DNA of 62,955 nucleotides, filler included, from Deltaproteobacteria bacterium (GTDB lineage Bacteria > JAUYMQ01), in the NCBI GenBank assembly GCA_030698575.1. It is 7 parts of 7 records of this genome, joined end to end, with 100 filler letters (N's around TTAATTAATTAA, not from the genome) between each part and the next. Parts side by side here need not be neighbours in the genome. Positions count along the whole stretch, not along the records: positions 1 to 24,557 come from JAUYMQ010000234.1; positions 24,658 to 30,427 come from JAUYMQ010000252.1; positions 30,528 to 36,655 come from JAUYMQ010000257.1; 4 more parts are not named here. One strand, 5' to 3'. A program made the position numbers and the translations under genes. The notes under the pieces were generated by a model. It was not told the origin of the DNA and did not search any database. It was given only the letters and a program-made list of their open reading frames with translations. The stretch's first letter is position 1; each line of letters begins with the position of its first letter. This document shows, piece after piece, positions 22,155 through 34,328 of this stretch.

Positions 22155-22185
22155 TGCTGTCCTCCTGAACAGGCGACTGCGGGCC

Positions 22186-22299
22186 TCAGCCCTGCCGCTG
22201 CTTGTGCCTTGGGTTCGTGCAGATCACCCGTACGATCCGCTTCCGGCGGATGATGCGGCACTTGCTGCAAATGCGTTTAACCGATGCCTTGACCTTCAT
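22186..22299 (-). CDS. rpmJ: 50S ribosomal protein L36
   Basis: Below the ORF-track cutoff; manual translation [37 protein letters not shown]. Confidence 0.97.
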   Translation of the reverse strand: MKVKASVKRICSKCRIIRRKRIVRVICTNPRHKQRQG

Positions 22300-22332
22300 T
22301 GCCTGCACACTCCGTGGCGAATAGCCCGGGGC

Positions 22333-22551
22333 CTACTTCGCCCGGTAGGTGATTCGTCCGCGAGAAAGGTCGTAGGGAGACAGCTCGACCGTCACCTTGT
22401 CGCCCGCCAGGATCTTGATGAAGTGCATTCGCATCTTCCCGGAGATGTGGGCGAGGACCTTGTGGCCGTTCTCGAGCTCGACGCGAAACATCGCGTTCGG
22501 CAACGGCTCAAGCACCGTTCCCTGGACCTCTATTGCTTCGCCTTTGGGCAT
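22333..22551 (-). CDS. infA: translation initiation factor IF-1
   Basis: [25 protein letters not shown]...[13 protein letters not shown]. Confidence 0.98.
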   Translation of the reverse strand: MPKGEAIEVQGTVLEPLPNAMFRVELENGHKVLAHISGKMRMHFIKILAGDKVTVELSPYDLSRGRITYRAK

Positions 22552-22567
22552 AAACTGGCGTTTCCCT

Positions 22568-23332
22568 CTAGAGCCTTGTCAATACCTCGGGCCCGTGCTC
22601 CGTGATCGCGACCGTGTGCTCGAAATGCGCCGAGAGCGAACCGTCCTCGGTCACGACGGTCCATCCGTCGTCGAGCGTCTCGATCTCACTGCCGCCCACG
22701 TTGATCATGGGCTCGATGGCGAGCACCATGCCCGGCCGCAGGCGCGCGCCCGTATCCGGCCGTCCATAGTTGGGAACCTGGGGCTCTTCGTGAAGCGCGC
22801 GGCCGATGCCATGCCCCACCATCTCCCGGACCACCGAATAGCCGAGATCCTCCACAAAAGTTTGAACGGCCGCGCCGATATCCCCCAGCCGTTTGTCGGG
22901 CGCCGCCTGGGCAATGCCTCGCTCGAGCGCCTCCTTGCCTGCCTCGAGCAGCCGTCGGGCCTCATCGCTTATCTCGCCCACCGGAAGGGTGATCGCGGAG
23001 TCACCGTAGAACCCCTCCAGGATCACGCCAAAATCGATGCCAATGATATCGCCCGCTTGTAGCGCCGCGCGGGAAGGCACGCCGTGCACCACCTGGTCGT
23101 TCACGCTTGCGCAGATCGTGTGGCGATAGCCGCGGTAATTCTTGAACGCCGGCTTCGCGCCCGCTTTCAGTGTGAGGCGCTCCGCGAGCGCGTCGAGATC
23201 CAGGGTGCTCATGCCCGGGCGGGCTTCCGCGGCGACCTGCTGGAGGATCTCGCCCACCAGGTGGCCGGCCCGGCGCATGATCTCGATTTCTCGAGGGCTC
23301 TTCAGTTCGATCTTGCGCTCCTGGAGAAGCAT
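22568..23332 (-). CDS. map: methionine aminopeptidase type I
   Basis: [33 protein letters not shown] and SAHFEHT motifs; start at ATG 23332, just after adk. Confidence 0.96.
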   Translation of the reverse strand: MLLQERKIELKSPREIEIMRRAGHLVGEILQQVAAEARPGMSTLDLDALAERLTLKAGAKPAFKNYRGYRHTICASVNDQVVHGVPSRAALQAGDIIGIDFGVILEGFYGDSAITLPVGEISDEARRLLEAGKEALERGIAQAAPDKRLGDIGAAVQTFVEDLGYSVVREMVGHGIGRALHEEPQVPNYGRPDTGARLRPGMVLAIEPMINVGGSEIETLDDGWTVVTEDGSLSAHFEHTVAITEHGPEVLTRL

Positions 23333-23334
23333 CC

Positions 23335-23994
23335 CTAGCCGCCCGCCTTTCCGTTGCCAATCACAGAGGAGATGGTTTTGAATATCTCCTCCACGGAGCC
23401 CGAGCCCGGAATGCGCCGCAATATTTCCTCCTTGCCATAGTAGGTGATCAGCGGTTCGGTCTGCTGCTTGTACACCCGCAAGCGCTCGCGGATGGTTTCC
23501 TCGTTGTCGTCCGCGCGCTGGTAAAGCTCTCCGTCGCACTGGTCACATCGCCCCGGGCGGCGAGGCGGGCTCGTCTCGACGTGGCACATCGCCTGGCAGG
23601 CCCGGCATGTCCGGCGCCCGGAGAGGCGTGTAACAAGATTCTCCACAGGGACGTCAATGCTCAGCACGTGATCGATCTGCCCCCCCTCTTCTTCGAGAAT
23701 CTTGCCGAGTTCCTGGGCCTGGCCGACGGTGCGTGGGAAGCCGTCGAGGATGAACCCCTCGCGCGCATCGGGCTGCGACGCCCGCTCCTTGAAGAGGGCG
23801 ATGACCACGTCGTCGGGCACCAGCTCGCCGCCCTCCATGATGCCTTTCACGCGTTGCCCGAGCGCATTCCCGGCCTTCACGGCCGCCCGCAACATGTCTC
23901 CCGTGGAGATCTGGGGTATTCCCAGGCGCTGAACGAGGCGCTTCGCCTGGGTGCCCTTCCCTGCTCCCGGAGGTCCCAGCAGGATCAGATTCAC
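23335..23994 (-). CDS. adk: adenylate kinase (Zn-lid form)
   Basis: GPPGAGKGTQA, ISTGDMLR, LDGFPRT and a CxxC...CxxC lid. Confidence 0.97.
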   Translation of the reverse strand: MNLILLGPPGAGKGTQAKRLVQRLGIPQISTGDMLRAAVKAGNALGQRVKGIMEGGELVPDDVVIALFKERASQPDAREGFILDGFPRTVGQAQELGKILEEEGGQIDHVLSIDVPVENLVTRLSGRRTCRACQAMCHVETSPPRRPGRCDQCDGELYQRADDNEETIRERLRVYKQQTEPLITYYGKEEILRRIPGSGSVEEIFKTISSVIGNGKAGG

Positions 23995-24011
23995 GCGTCC
24001 AGCTCCCTGCG

Positions 24012-24557
24012 TTACCTGTCCGAACGGCCTTTGACGCGCGCGCCCTTCAGGAAGCCGCTGTAATTGCGCATGATCAGATGGCTCTCAATCTGGGCCATCG
24101 TATCCTTCGCAACACCCACCACAATGAGCAGGGCCGTCCCGCCGAAGTAGAACGGCGTGTTGAGCCCCGCTATCAGGAACGTCGGAAGGATGCAGACTAC
24201 CGCCACGTACATTGAGCCCACGAGGGTGATGCGCGTCAGCACCCTGTCGATATAGTCGGCTGTCCGCTTCCCAGGCCGGATCCCGGGGATGTAGCCGCCA
24301 TACTTCTTGATGTTGTCGGCGACGTCGGTCGGGTCGATCATGACGGCCGTGTAGAAGTAACAGAAAAAGACGATCATCACGACGTAGAGCAAGTTGTAGG
24401 GAACCGCAGTCGGCACCATCCAGGCGGTTACCGTGTCGGCGATCCCTTCCGGCAGGAATCGCGTCAGCATCGACGGGAAGATCAGGATCGACGAAGCGAA
24501 GATCGGCGGGATGACTCCCGCGGTGTTCACGCGGAGCGGAAAGTAGGTGCTCCGTCC
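24012..24557 (-). CDS. secY: preprotein translocase SecY, C-terminal part (5' end cut by contig edge)
   Basis: PLRVNTAGVIPPIFAS, YIPGIRPG and FGGTALLIVVGV motifs. Confidence 0.96.
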   Translation of the reverse strand, partial: GRSTYFPLRVNTAGVIPPIFASSILIFPSMLTRFLPEGIADTVTAWMVPTAVPYNLLYVVMIVFFCYFYTAVMIDPTDVADNIKKYGGYIPGIRPGKRTADYIDRVLTRITLVGSMYVAVVCILPTFLIAGLNTPFYFGGTALLIVVGVAKDTMAQIESHLIMRNYSGFLKGARVKGRSDR

Positions 24558-24657
24558 NNNNNNNNNNNNNNNNNNNNNNNNNNNNNNNNNNNNNNNNNNN
24601 NTTAATTAATTAANNNNNNNNNNNNNNNNNNNNNNNNNNNNNNNNNNNNNNNNNNNN
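24558..24657. other. artificial contig spacer
   Basis: N-run + TTAATTAATTAA + N-run, 100 nt. Confidence 0.98.
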
Positions 24658-26888
<2,231 letters not shown>

Positions 26889-26931
26889 TTCCTGCGACGG
26901 GCGGACTTTTTATGAGAACGACGGGAGTTTC

Positions 26932-29457
26932 ATGAGGGGACGCATCTACAAGGCGCTCGCGCGGTTCATCTTCAGGCATGACATCGCAATGCTTGTGGGC
27001 GCCGTCCTGCTTTCCCTCGTTTCGGTCGTCGCCGTCAAACGGCTGCCGCTCGATGGTGATCTCGCCAGATTGCTGCCCGATGATCAGCCGAGCGTCGTCG
27101 CGCTCCGCGAGGTGGTGAAGAAGCTCGGCGGCGCAGGACAGCTTCTCATTCTGGCTACGCCGCCCGACGCGAAGACCGGAGAGATGTTTGTCGAGGCGCT
27201 CGGGCCCGAGCTCATCAAGAGCAAGGTGATCAACAACGTCGACTACCGCCGCGATCTGGAGTTCTTCCAGCGCCACCGGTTCCTGTTTGTTCATGTGAAA
27301 GACCTGGAGACCATCCGCGACCGACTCGCTGCCAAGCTAACGGACATCAAGCAGAACCATCTCCCGTTCGTCATGAAATCCGTCCGGTCGCCGGAGGGAC
27401 GCCCGCGGGTGGAAGTGACTCTCAAGGAACGGAAGACCGCGCTGCCGACCGGCGCCCTGGAGAAGCAGTTTTCGGAGCTGCGCGCGTCCTTCGACGATAT
27501 CGAGCGGAAGTATACGGGCGGCCCGGAGGACGAGTATTTCACGAGCAAGGATCACAAGACCTTCATGCTGTCCGTATATCCCAGCGGGCAGTCGACCGAC
27601 GTCGAGTTTGCGAAGTCGATGCTGGAAGAGGTTGACACCATCGTCCGGCGCATCAATGCGGAGCGGTTCGGGGGCGCCATTCAGATCGAGTACGGCGGCA
27701 CCTTCAAGAACGCCATCGACGACTACGAGACCATCATCAACGACGTCGAGCGGGCGACCATCATCACGGCTACCGGGCTCATCCTTCTTCTCACCATCAT
27801 GTTCAGGCAGCCGCTGATCCTCTTCCTGCTCGGCCTCCCGCAGGTGATGGCTGTGCTCTGGACCTTCGCCGCCGCCTACATCGTTGTCGGCAGCCTGAAC
27901 GTCTATACCGTCTTCCTCTTCAACATTCTCTTCGGCGTGGGAATCGAGTTCGGGATCCAGATGTATGCGCGCTATGGCGAGGAGCGGGCGGGGGGCGTGC
28001 CGATCGAGGAGAGCCTCGCGCGGATGCTGGCCAATACCTGGTCGGCCTGCATCGCGGCGGCCACCGTGGCGGGCTTCGCCTTCTTCTCCCTCATGGTGAC
28101 CGACTTCAAGGGCTTCTCCGAGTTCGGATTCATTTCGGGTCTCGGGCTCTTCGTGGCCGTCTCCGCGATGCTCGTCGCCTTCTGCCCGTTGATCGTGCGC
28201 TTCGACAAGCTGGGCTGGCTGCGTATTGCTCGCCGGGCCCCGCAACGAACCTACAACGCGCAGGCCGGCGCTCTCGCGCGGCTGCTTCCCTATACGCGCC
28301 CGGTTCTCATCTTCACAGGTGTCGTGTTCATCGCCAGCTTGCTGGGCGCCACGCAAATTTCCTTTGACTACGACCTTTCGAAACTCAAGGCGGCCAATCC
28401 CGGCGTGCTCGCACGGGAGAAGCGAATAGCGAGCGTCTTCAACCTTTCGCTGACACCCGCCGCAATCATCGCGCCCGACAAGAAACGTCTGACCGAAGTC
28501 GTCGAGGCTCTGCAGGAACGCGCCACGGAGGGGAAGGGGAAGGGAAAGGGAACAATTGCCACCATCCGTTCCATGGATTCTGTGATACCGCCCGATCAGT
28601 TGGGGCGGCTGCGCGTTCTGGGAGAGCTCCGAGCGCTTCTCGACGACGAGCTGTTCAAGCTCGCTTCGCCCGAGCAGCGACGGGAAGTCGAGCGGATTCG
28701 CGCCGGCATGAGCGCCAAGCCCGTGGAGGCGGGCGATATTCCCGAGGATCTCCAGTGGAAGTTCCAGGGGCAGGATCACGCAGGCGGCTACCTGGCATAC
28801 GTCTATCCCAGCGTCAGCATGGACCATGGGGAGTCCGTCATCGCCTTCTCGAACGAGGTGAGCCAGATTCCGACATCTAGCGGTACGCTCCGCGCGACAA
28901 GCCCGCAGCTCATCATCGGCGACATGCTTCAGCTGATGATCCGCGACGGCAAGCTGGCCATGCTGCTGACTTTCCTCGCCGTCTTCATCGTGCTCCTCGT
29001 CGATTTCCGGAGCGTCCGGCACACGGTCATCCTGATGCTCCCCGTGACCATCGGGCTCGGGGTGCTGCTCGGGATCATGGCGATTTTTGATCTCAAGTTC
29101 GATCTCTACAACATGGTTGCCATGCCCGCGGTCGCCGGGCTCGCCATCAACAACGCTATTTATCTCTATCACCGATACCGCGAGGAGGGGACCGGGCGTC
29201 TGATGGTCGTCATGCGGACCACCGGCGTCGCCGTTTTCATCACCGCGATGGCGATGATCATGGGCTTCCTGGGCCTGCTCTTCGCCGACCACCCCGGGCT
29301 CAGGTCGATTGGGACAGTGGCGGTGCTCGGCATTTCGACGGTTCTTCTGAGCCTCCTCACCTTCTTCCCCGCGTTCCTGCTCTTCCTCGAATCCGGGCGC
29401 CCCGTGCCGGTCACGGTGATTGGTTCGGGAGATGAGAAGATCCGCCTGCGGAGCTGA
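26932..29457 (+). CDS. MMPL/RND family transporter
   Basis: Two repeats of TM + large soluble loop + 5 TM; ILFGVGIEFGI, TDFKGFSEFG and HPGLRSIG; start at ATG 26932. Confidence 0.85.
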   Translation: MRGRIYKALARFIFRHDIAMLVGAVLLSLVSVVAVKRLPLDGDLARLLPDDQPSVVALREVVKKLGGAGQLLILATPPDAKTGEMFVEALGPELIKSKVINNVDYRRDLEFFQRHRFLFVHVKDLETIRDRLAAKLTDIKQNHLPFVMKSVRSPEGRPRVEVTLKERKTALPTGALEKQFSELRASFDDIERKYTGGPEDEYFTSKDHKTFMLSVYPSGQSTDVEFAKSMLEEVDTIVRRINAERFGGAIQIEYGGTFKNAIDDYETIINDVERATIITATGLILLLTIMFRQPLILFLLGLPQVMAVLWTFAAAYIVVGSLNVYTVFLFNILFGVGIEFGIQMYARYGEERAGGVPIEESLARMLANTWSACIAAATVAGFAFFSLMVTDFKGFSEFGFISGLGLFVAVSAMLVAFCPLIVRFDKLGWLRIARRAPQRTYNAQAGALARLLPYTRPVLIFTGVVFIASLLGATQISFDYDLSKLKAANPGVLAREKRIASVFNLSLTPAAIIAPDKKRLTEVVEALQERATEGKGKGKGTIATIRSMDSVIPPDQLGRLRVLGELRALLDDELFKLASPEQRREVERIRAGMSAKPVEAGDIPEDLQWKFQGQDHAGGYLAYVYPSVSMDHGESVIAFSNEVSQIPTSSGTLRATSPQLIIGDMLQLMIRDGKLAMLLTFLAVFIVLLVDFRSVRHTVILMLPVTIGLGVLLGIMAIFDLKFDLYNMVAMPAVAGLAINNAIYLYHRYREEGTGRLMVVMRTTGVAVFITAMAMIMGFLGLLFADHPGLRSIGTVAVLGISTVLLSLLTFFPAFLLFLESGRPVPVTVIGSGDEKIRLRS

Positions 29458-29548
29458 ACTCCCGGCGCCTTGACATCGCCGGGTCCGCGGCTACGATTCG
29501 GTGACTGACCGGGAGCGACCACCCTTCAGCGTGTTTTGGGGAGCATTC

Positions 29549-29740
29549 ATGAGCAAGCCTGTCGTGAACAAGACAGTCGAGGCGAAGATGACCGCCGTCG
29601 ATGGGGGGTCGTTATGGGCCCGGCGCGGCGACGACATTGTTCTAGTCCTCCTGGTCACCTACGTCATCCTGCTCGGGATAGGCACCGTGGCGGAGCTTTT
29701 CGACGTTCGCTCCATCTTGAGCTGGCCGATTTACCGCTGA
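29549..29740 (+). CDS. small membrane protein (63 aa)
   Basis: GGGGAG RBS, hydrophobic IVLVLLVTYVILLGIGTVAELF; stop lies 1 nt before the acylphosphatase ATG. Confidence 0.6.
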   Translation: MSKPVVNKTVEAKMTAVDGGSLWARRGDDIVLVLLVTYVILLGIGTVAELFDVRSILSWPIYR

Positions 29741-29741
29741 G

Positions 29742-30026
29742 ATGCCGCTCGCCAGGGCCCATCTCATCGTTCATGGACGGGTCCAGGGGGTTTGGTTCCG
29801 CGGCGGCACGCAGTCCTTCGCCCGCTCGAGAGGGGTCACGGGCTGGGTACGCAACCGGGCCGAAGGAACGGTGGAAGCCGTTCTCGAGGGGGATGAAGAA
29901 TCCGTTCGTGCCGTCGTCGCCTGGTGCAGAGAAGGGCCGCCCGGCGCCCGTGTCGACCGGGTGGAACTGAAGTGGGCGCCCCATGTGGGCGAGTTTGATC
30001 AGATGGTAATTGCCCACTCCTACTGA
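29742..30026 (+). CDS. acyP: acylphosphatase
   Basis: VHGRVQGVWFR, GWVRN and GPPGARV motifs. Confidence 0.93.
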   Translation: MPLARAHLIVHGRVQGVWFRGGTQSFARSRGVTGWVRNRAEGTVEAVLEGDEESVRAVVAWCREGPPGARVDRVELKWAPHVGEFDQMVIAHSY

Positions 30027-30163
30027 GTTTTATTGATCGGGGCGGCATCGATAAGCAGGGCGGCGCCCAGGGGGCGCCCTTTTCATCTCTGCGGCTCCCG
30101 GCGTGTCGAACGACATCAGTGCAGTTCCGCACTACCGGTTCAGCACAAACAAGGAGCAAGAAC

Positions 30164-30427
30164 GTGATTCGATTCTCGCGCTCCGTTGCATTTCGTCCAT
30201 TTTTCGCATCAGTCGCCCTCGTGGGGGTCCTGGCGCTCATCGCAGGCTGCGTCCTGACGGTGGAACAGGAGAGACAGCTCGGCGAGGACTTCTCTCGCCA
30301 GGTGGCGCAGGAAATGAAGGTCTTGCGGGATCCGATGGTGGTCGGCTATGTCCGCCAGATGGGCGGCCGCCTGGCGGGCGCGGCCGGCCCGCAGCCCTTC
30401 CTTCTCACCTTCAATGTGGTGGTCGAC
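30164..30427 (+). CDS. M48-family metallopeptidase lipoprotein, N-terminal fragment
   Basis: Lipobox LIAGC, then TVEQERQLG...DPMVVGYVRQMGGRL...FNVVVD typical of YfgC/BepA-like N-termini; cut by contig edge. Confidence 0.7.
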
Positions 30428-30527
30428 NNNNNNNNNNNNNNNNNNNNNNNNNNNNNNNNNNNNNNNNNNNNTTAATTAATTAANNNNNNNNNNNNNNNNN
30501 NNNNNNNNNNNNNNNNNNNNNNNNNNN
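30428..30527. other. artificial contig spacer
   Basis: N-run + TTAATTAATTAA + N-run. Confidence 0.98.
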
Positions 30528-30957
30528 CCTCCCGGTGACGCTGCGCACCGTCGAGAAGGAGGTGGGGGTAAGCAATCGCATTTCCAGCTTCGTCATCCCC
30601 ATGGGCGCGACCATCAACATGGACGGCACGGCGCTCTACGAGTGCGTCGGTGTGATCTTCATCTCGCAAGTGCTCGGCATCCCGCTGGGCTTCGAGGCCC
30701 AGGCGGTGGTCGTGATTACGGCGCTGCTCGCCTCCATCGGGGCGGCGGGCATCCCGTCGGCGGGGCTCGTGATGATCTTCATCGTGACCGAGGCGGTGAA
30801 CCTCACCGGTCCCGAGGTTGCGCTGATCGTCGGCACGATGCTGGCCATCGACCGGCCGCTGGACATGTTCCGGACGATGGTGAACGTCTTCAGCGACTCC
30901 TGCGGCGCGGCGATCATCGCCCGCTCGGAGGGAGAAACGGAGGTCGACGCGGGGTGA
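30528..30957 (+). CDS. dicarboxylate/amino acid:cation symporter (DAACS), C-terminal fragment
   Basis: PMGATINMDGTALY, ASIGAAGIPSAG and DMFRTMVNVFSD motifs. Confidence 0.92.
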
Positions 30958-30973
30958 GGCTCGACGTGAATTC

Positions 30974-32485
30974 ATGACCGCCCTGAACCGGATCCGCGCC
31001 GACCTCGAGGGATACCTCCGGGAAGCCGAGGCCATCACCTACCGGAACCACGCGGGACTGTCGGAGGAGGCAGGGCTCGCCTCGCTCCACGCGCGCCACC
31101 CGCTTGTTTTCGATCCGGAAAGTCTTCGCGCAGTCGAAGAAGCGCTTGCGGCGGCCGGAAGCGAGGATGCGGGCACGGCCGGGGGAGCGAAGGCGTCCGA
31201 ACGGTTTCGCCTGGAACTGCTGCGGGAAACGCTCGCGCAGACAGCCGTCGAGAAGGAGACCGACGCGGTCAGCGACGGCATCCTGGAGGCCGAGGCAGGG
31301 GCCGAGGTCGCGGAGCCTGGCGGCAAACTACCCTACCGGAGCGTGGGCGCGGCGATTTCGGCGGAGCCGGTGCGCGCCCGCCGGCAGGCGCTCGAGGCCG
31401 GACGCGCGGGCGTGTTGCGGGAGCTGGAGCCCCGGTATCGCGCCTGGTGGGATCGCACGCGGGAGGGGTGCCAGGCGATCGGCCGCGCGGATCTCGCCGC
31501 GCTCGTCTCGGACACCGCTCTCGTCGATCTCGATGCGCTCGCCGCCGAAGCGGCGGCGTTTCTTCGCGCGACGGAAGATCTCTATCGGGACTACCTCGGC
31601 TGGCTTGCCGGAAAGCGGCTCGGGCTCAAGCCCGGTGAACTCGAGAGCCACGATCTCCACCACCTCTTCTACCTGCCGGAGAGTCGCGCAACCTACTCTT
31701 CGCGGAACCTGACCGATCTCGCGCGCCGCAGCATGGGCGAGATGAATCTTTCGCTCGAGGCCGATGGCCGGATCTCGCTCGACGTCGAGGCGAGGCCGGG
31801 CAAATCTTCGCGGGCCTTCTGCGCCCGGCTGGCGGTTCCGTCGCGCATTGTCCTGGTGATCTACCCGCGCGGCGGCGTCGACGACTACCAGGCGTTCTTC
31901 CACGAGCTGGGCCATGCGCAGCACTTCGCGCACACCGATCCCGGGCTGCCCTTCGAGCTGCGCGATCTCGACGACAGCGCCGTGACTGAGGCCTGGGCCT
32001 TCACGCTGCAGTCGCTGCCGGAGGATCCGGGCTGGGTCGCGGCCCTCCTGGGCGAGAAGCCGGGGAGCGATTTCTTCCGGACGCTGAAGCTGGCCAAGCT
32101 GTTTCTGGTGCGGCGCTATGCCGCGAAGATTGCTTACGAGCTTTCGCTCTGGCGCGCGGAGAAGCTCGAGGATTATCCGGCGCGATACCAGGAGGCGCTC
32201 CAGCAGGCGACGTCGGCGCGGTATCCGCGAGAGGGCTACCTGGCCGACGTCGATCCGTTCTTCTACGTGGCACGCTACCTTCGGGGGTGGATGCTCGCGT
32301 CGCAGATCAGCGAGGCGCTGCGGGAGCGTTTCGACGAGGGGTGGTTTTGCCGCGGGGACACCGGCACATGGCTGCGCGAGCAGTGGCGCGTGGGCGCCAT
32401 CCGCGCCGAGACTCTGTCGGCCACGCTCGGCGCCCCCCGCCTCGACGCCGCCGCCCTCACCCGCGAGTTCCTCGCCGCCTTTTAA
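30974..32485 (+). CDS. M3/M32-like zinc peptidase (gluzincin)
   Basis: RPGKSSRAFC, FFHELGHAQH (HEXXH) and a downstream AVTEAWA third ligand. Confidence 0.7.
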   Translation: MTALNRIRADLEGYLREAEAITYRNHAGLSEEAGLASLHARHPLVFDPESLRAVEEALAAAGSEDAGTAGGAKASERFRLELLRETLAQTAVEKETDAVSDGILEAEAGAEVAEPGGKLPYRSVGAAISAEPVRARRQALEAGRAGVLRELEPRYRAWWDRTREGCQAIGRADLAALVSDTALVDLDALAAEAAAFLRATEDLYRDYLGWLAGKRLGLKPGELESHDLHHLFYLPESRATYSSRNLTDLARRSMGEMNLSLEADGRISLDVEARPGKSSRAFCARLAVPSRIVLVIYPRGGVDDYQAFFHELGHAQHFAHTDPGLPFELRDLDDSAVTEAWAFTLQSLPEDPGWVAALLGEKPGSDFFRTLKLAKLFLVRRYAAKIAYELSLWRAEKLEDYPARYQEALQQATSARYPREGYLADVDPFFYVARYLRGWMLASQISEALRERFDEGWFCRGDTGTWLREQWRVGAIRAETLSATLGAPRLDAAALTREFLAAF

Positions 32486-32548
32486 GTGGGACAGTCCCCC
32501 TTAATAAGAGGGACTGTCCCAGTTAATAAGGGGGACTGTCCCACTTAA
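32482..32548. repeat. palindromic GGGACAGTCCC element (REP-like), 3 units
   Basis: TTAAGTGGGACAGTCCCCCTTA ... TAAGGGGGACTGTCCCACTTAA form a 22-bp inverted repeat around a third GAGGGACTGTCCC copy. Confidence 0.85.
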
Positions 32549-33912
32549 TGTCTATTGATTTCGGGTACTTGGAGAGCGTTTTGCCGGAGGACGTGGCCGG
32601 GATCGGGCGCGTGCTGCAGGCGGGCGGGCATGCGGCCTGGCTCGTGGGCGGCTCTGTGCGCGATTTGCTGCTCGGGCGCGAGCCGCGCGACTGGGACATC
32701 GCGACAGACGCGCCGGCGGAGTACCTGGAAGCGAAGTTCCCGCGCGTGGAGCGGGTGGGGGCGCACACGCCCGCCTTCCTGGTATTCGCCGCGCCGGGAG
32801 CGCCGCCGCGGGAAGTGAGCCTGCTGCGCGGGGAGACGATCGAAGCGGATCTAGCCCGGCGCGACTTCACAATCAACGCGCTGGCGCTGGCGCTTCCCCT
32901 CGAAGCGGGCGCCACGGACGCCAGCGTAATCGACCTCTACGGTGGACTCGCCGATCTCGAGGCGCGCGTGCTGCGCGCGGTGGGCGACGCCGATGCGCGC
33001 TTCGACGAAGATCCCCTCCGCCCGCTCCGCGGCGTGCGCCTCGAGGCCGAGCTGGGCTTCGCGCCCGAGTCCGCCACGCTGCGCGCGATGGAACGCCACG
33101 GCCCGCGCGCGGGCAGCGCCGCGCCGGAGCGCCTGCGCGAGGAAATTCTGCGCTGTCTCGCCTGCGAGAAGCCCTCGCACGCCATCGGCCGAATGCGTGA
33201 GACAGGGATGCTCGCGGTGCTCCTCCCCGAGGTCGCGGCGATGGTCCGGGTGGCGCAGCCGGCGCGCTATCACAAGCTCGACGTCTACCACCACACGCTG
33301 GCGGCCCTCGATTTCCTCGCCGAGGACCCTGCTGCGGACGCCTACCTCCGGTTTGCAGTCCTCTACCACGACGCCGGCAAACCGGCGACGCTGACGCTTC
33401 GCGACGGCGAGCCCAGCTTCATCGGGCATGAGAAGGAAGGGGCCCAGCTCGCCGAAGCGCGCTGCGAGGCGCTGCGCTTTCCGGCGCGTGAGACGGCCCG
33501 CATCGGCGCATTGGTGCTGCACCACCTCGTCCGCTACACGCTCCGCTGGTCGGACCGCACCGTGCGGCGGTTCATGCGGCGCGTGACGCCCGCCCTGCTT
33601 CCCGATCTCATGAAGCTCTACGCCGCCGACATGCGGGCCAAGGATCCAGAGCGCTACAAGGTGATCTCCGTGCCCGTGGAAGTAGCCGCGCTCTCGGTCC
33701 GCATCAGGGAAATGGAGCGCGCGGGGGACGCGCTCTCGATTCACGACCTCGTCATCGCGGGAGAGGACGTGATGCGCGCGCTCGATGTTCCGGCCGGCCC
33801 CGCGGTCGGTGCGGCGCTCGAGGCGCTCCTCGAACAAGTCATCGCCGATCCGGCCCTCAACGAGCGAGACAAGCTGCTCGCGCTCCTGGCGCGGATGAAG
33901 ACGGCCGGATGA
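32548..33912 (+). CDS. tRNA nucleotidyltransferase with HD domain (probably CC-adding)
   Basis: VGGSVRD..DWDIAT, RRDFTINA, RFDEDPLR, APERLREE and LYHDAGK motifs; very short spacer before RRD. Confidence 0.88.
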   Translation: MSIDFGYLESVLPEDVAGIGRVLQAGGHAAWLVGGSVRDLLLGREPRDWDIATDAPAEYLEAKFPRVERVGAHTPAFLVFAAPGAPPREVSLLRGETIEADLARRDFTINALALALPLEAGATDASVIDLYGGLADLEARVLRAVGDADARFDEDPLRPLRGVRLEAELGFAPESATLRAMERHGPRAGSAAPERLREEILRCLACEKPSHAIGRMRETGMLAVLLPEVAAMVRVAQPARYHKLDVYHHTLAALDFLAEDPAADAYLRFAVLYHDAGKPATLTLRDGEPSFIGHEKEGAQLAEARCEALRFPARETARIGALVLHHLVRYTLRWSDRTVRRFMRRVTPALLPDLMKLYAADMRAKDPERYKVISVPVEVAALSVRIREMERAGDALSIHDLVIAGEDVMRALDVPAGPAVGAALEALLEQVIADPALNERDKLLALLARMKTAG

Positions 33913-33984
33913 AATCGGCCGGATAGATTCGGAACGAACGTGACGGACCTGCTAGGATGAACGACCATCAATCGGGAGGACGAC

Positions 33985-34308
33985 ATGGCGAGCGCGAAGG
34001 AACTGACTGACCAGGGCTTCAATCTCTACGCGAAGGGCGAAATGGACAGCGCCATCGCGTTGCTGAAGCAGGCCATTGCGACCGATCCCGACTACCTCGA
34101 GGCGCACCGCACCATCGCCATGTGCTACGGCAAGAAGAAGATGCTCGATGAAGCCGTCGCCGCCGCAAACCGCATGATCGAGATCGACCCGAACGACAAC
34201 CTCGCCTACGTGAGCCTGTCCATCTTCCTCCAGCGGCAGGGAAAGATCCCCGAGGCCGAGGCGGCCATGGCCAAGGCCACCGCCGTGCAGTCAAGCGCGA
34301 AGAAGTGA
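33985..34308 (+). CDS. small tetratricopeptide-repeat protein
   Basis: Three TPR-like units (AIATDPDYLEAH, IEIDPNDNLAY); GGGAGGA RBS. Confidence 0.8.
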   Translation: MASAKELTDQGFNLYAKGEMDSAIALLKQAIATDPDYLEAHRTIAMCYGKKKMLDEAVAAANRMIEIDPNDNLAYVSLSIFLQRQGKIPEAEAAMAKATAVQSSAKK

Positions 34309-34328
34309 CAGGAGCGCCATGGCGCTCC

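Noticed and set aside
24602-24613. TTAATTAATTAA palindrome repeated six times
   Set aside because: Artificial all-frame stop linker inside N-runs.
30062-30083. GGCGCCC hairpin with TTTT after acyP
   Set aside because: Plausible weak terminator but too short to call with confidence.
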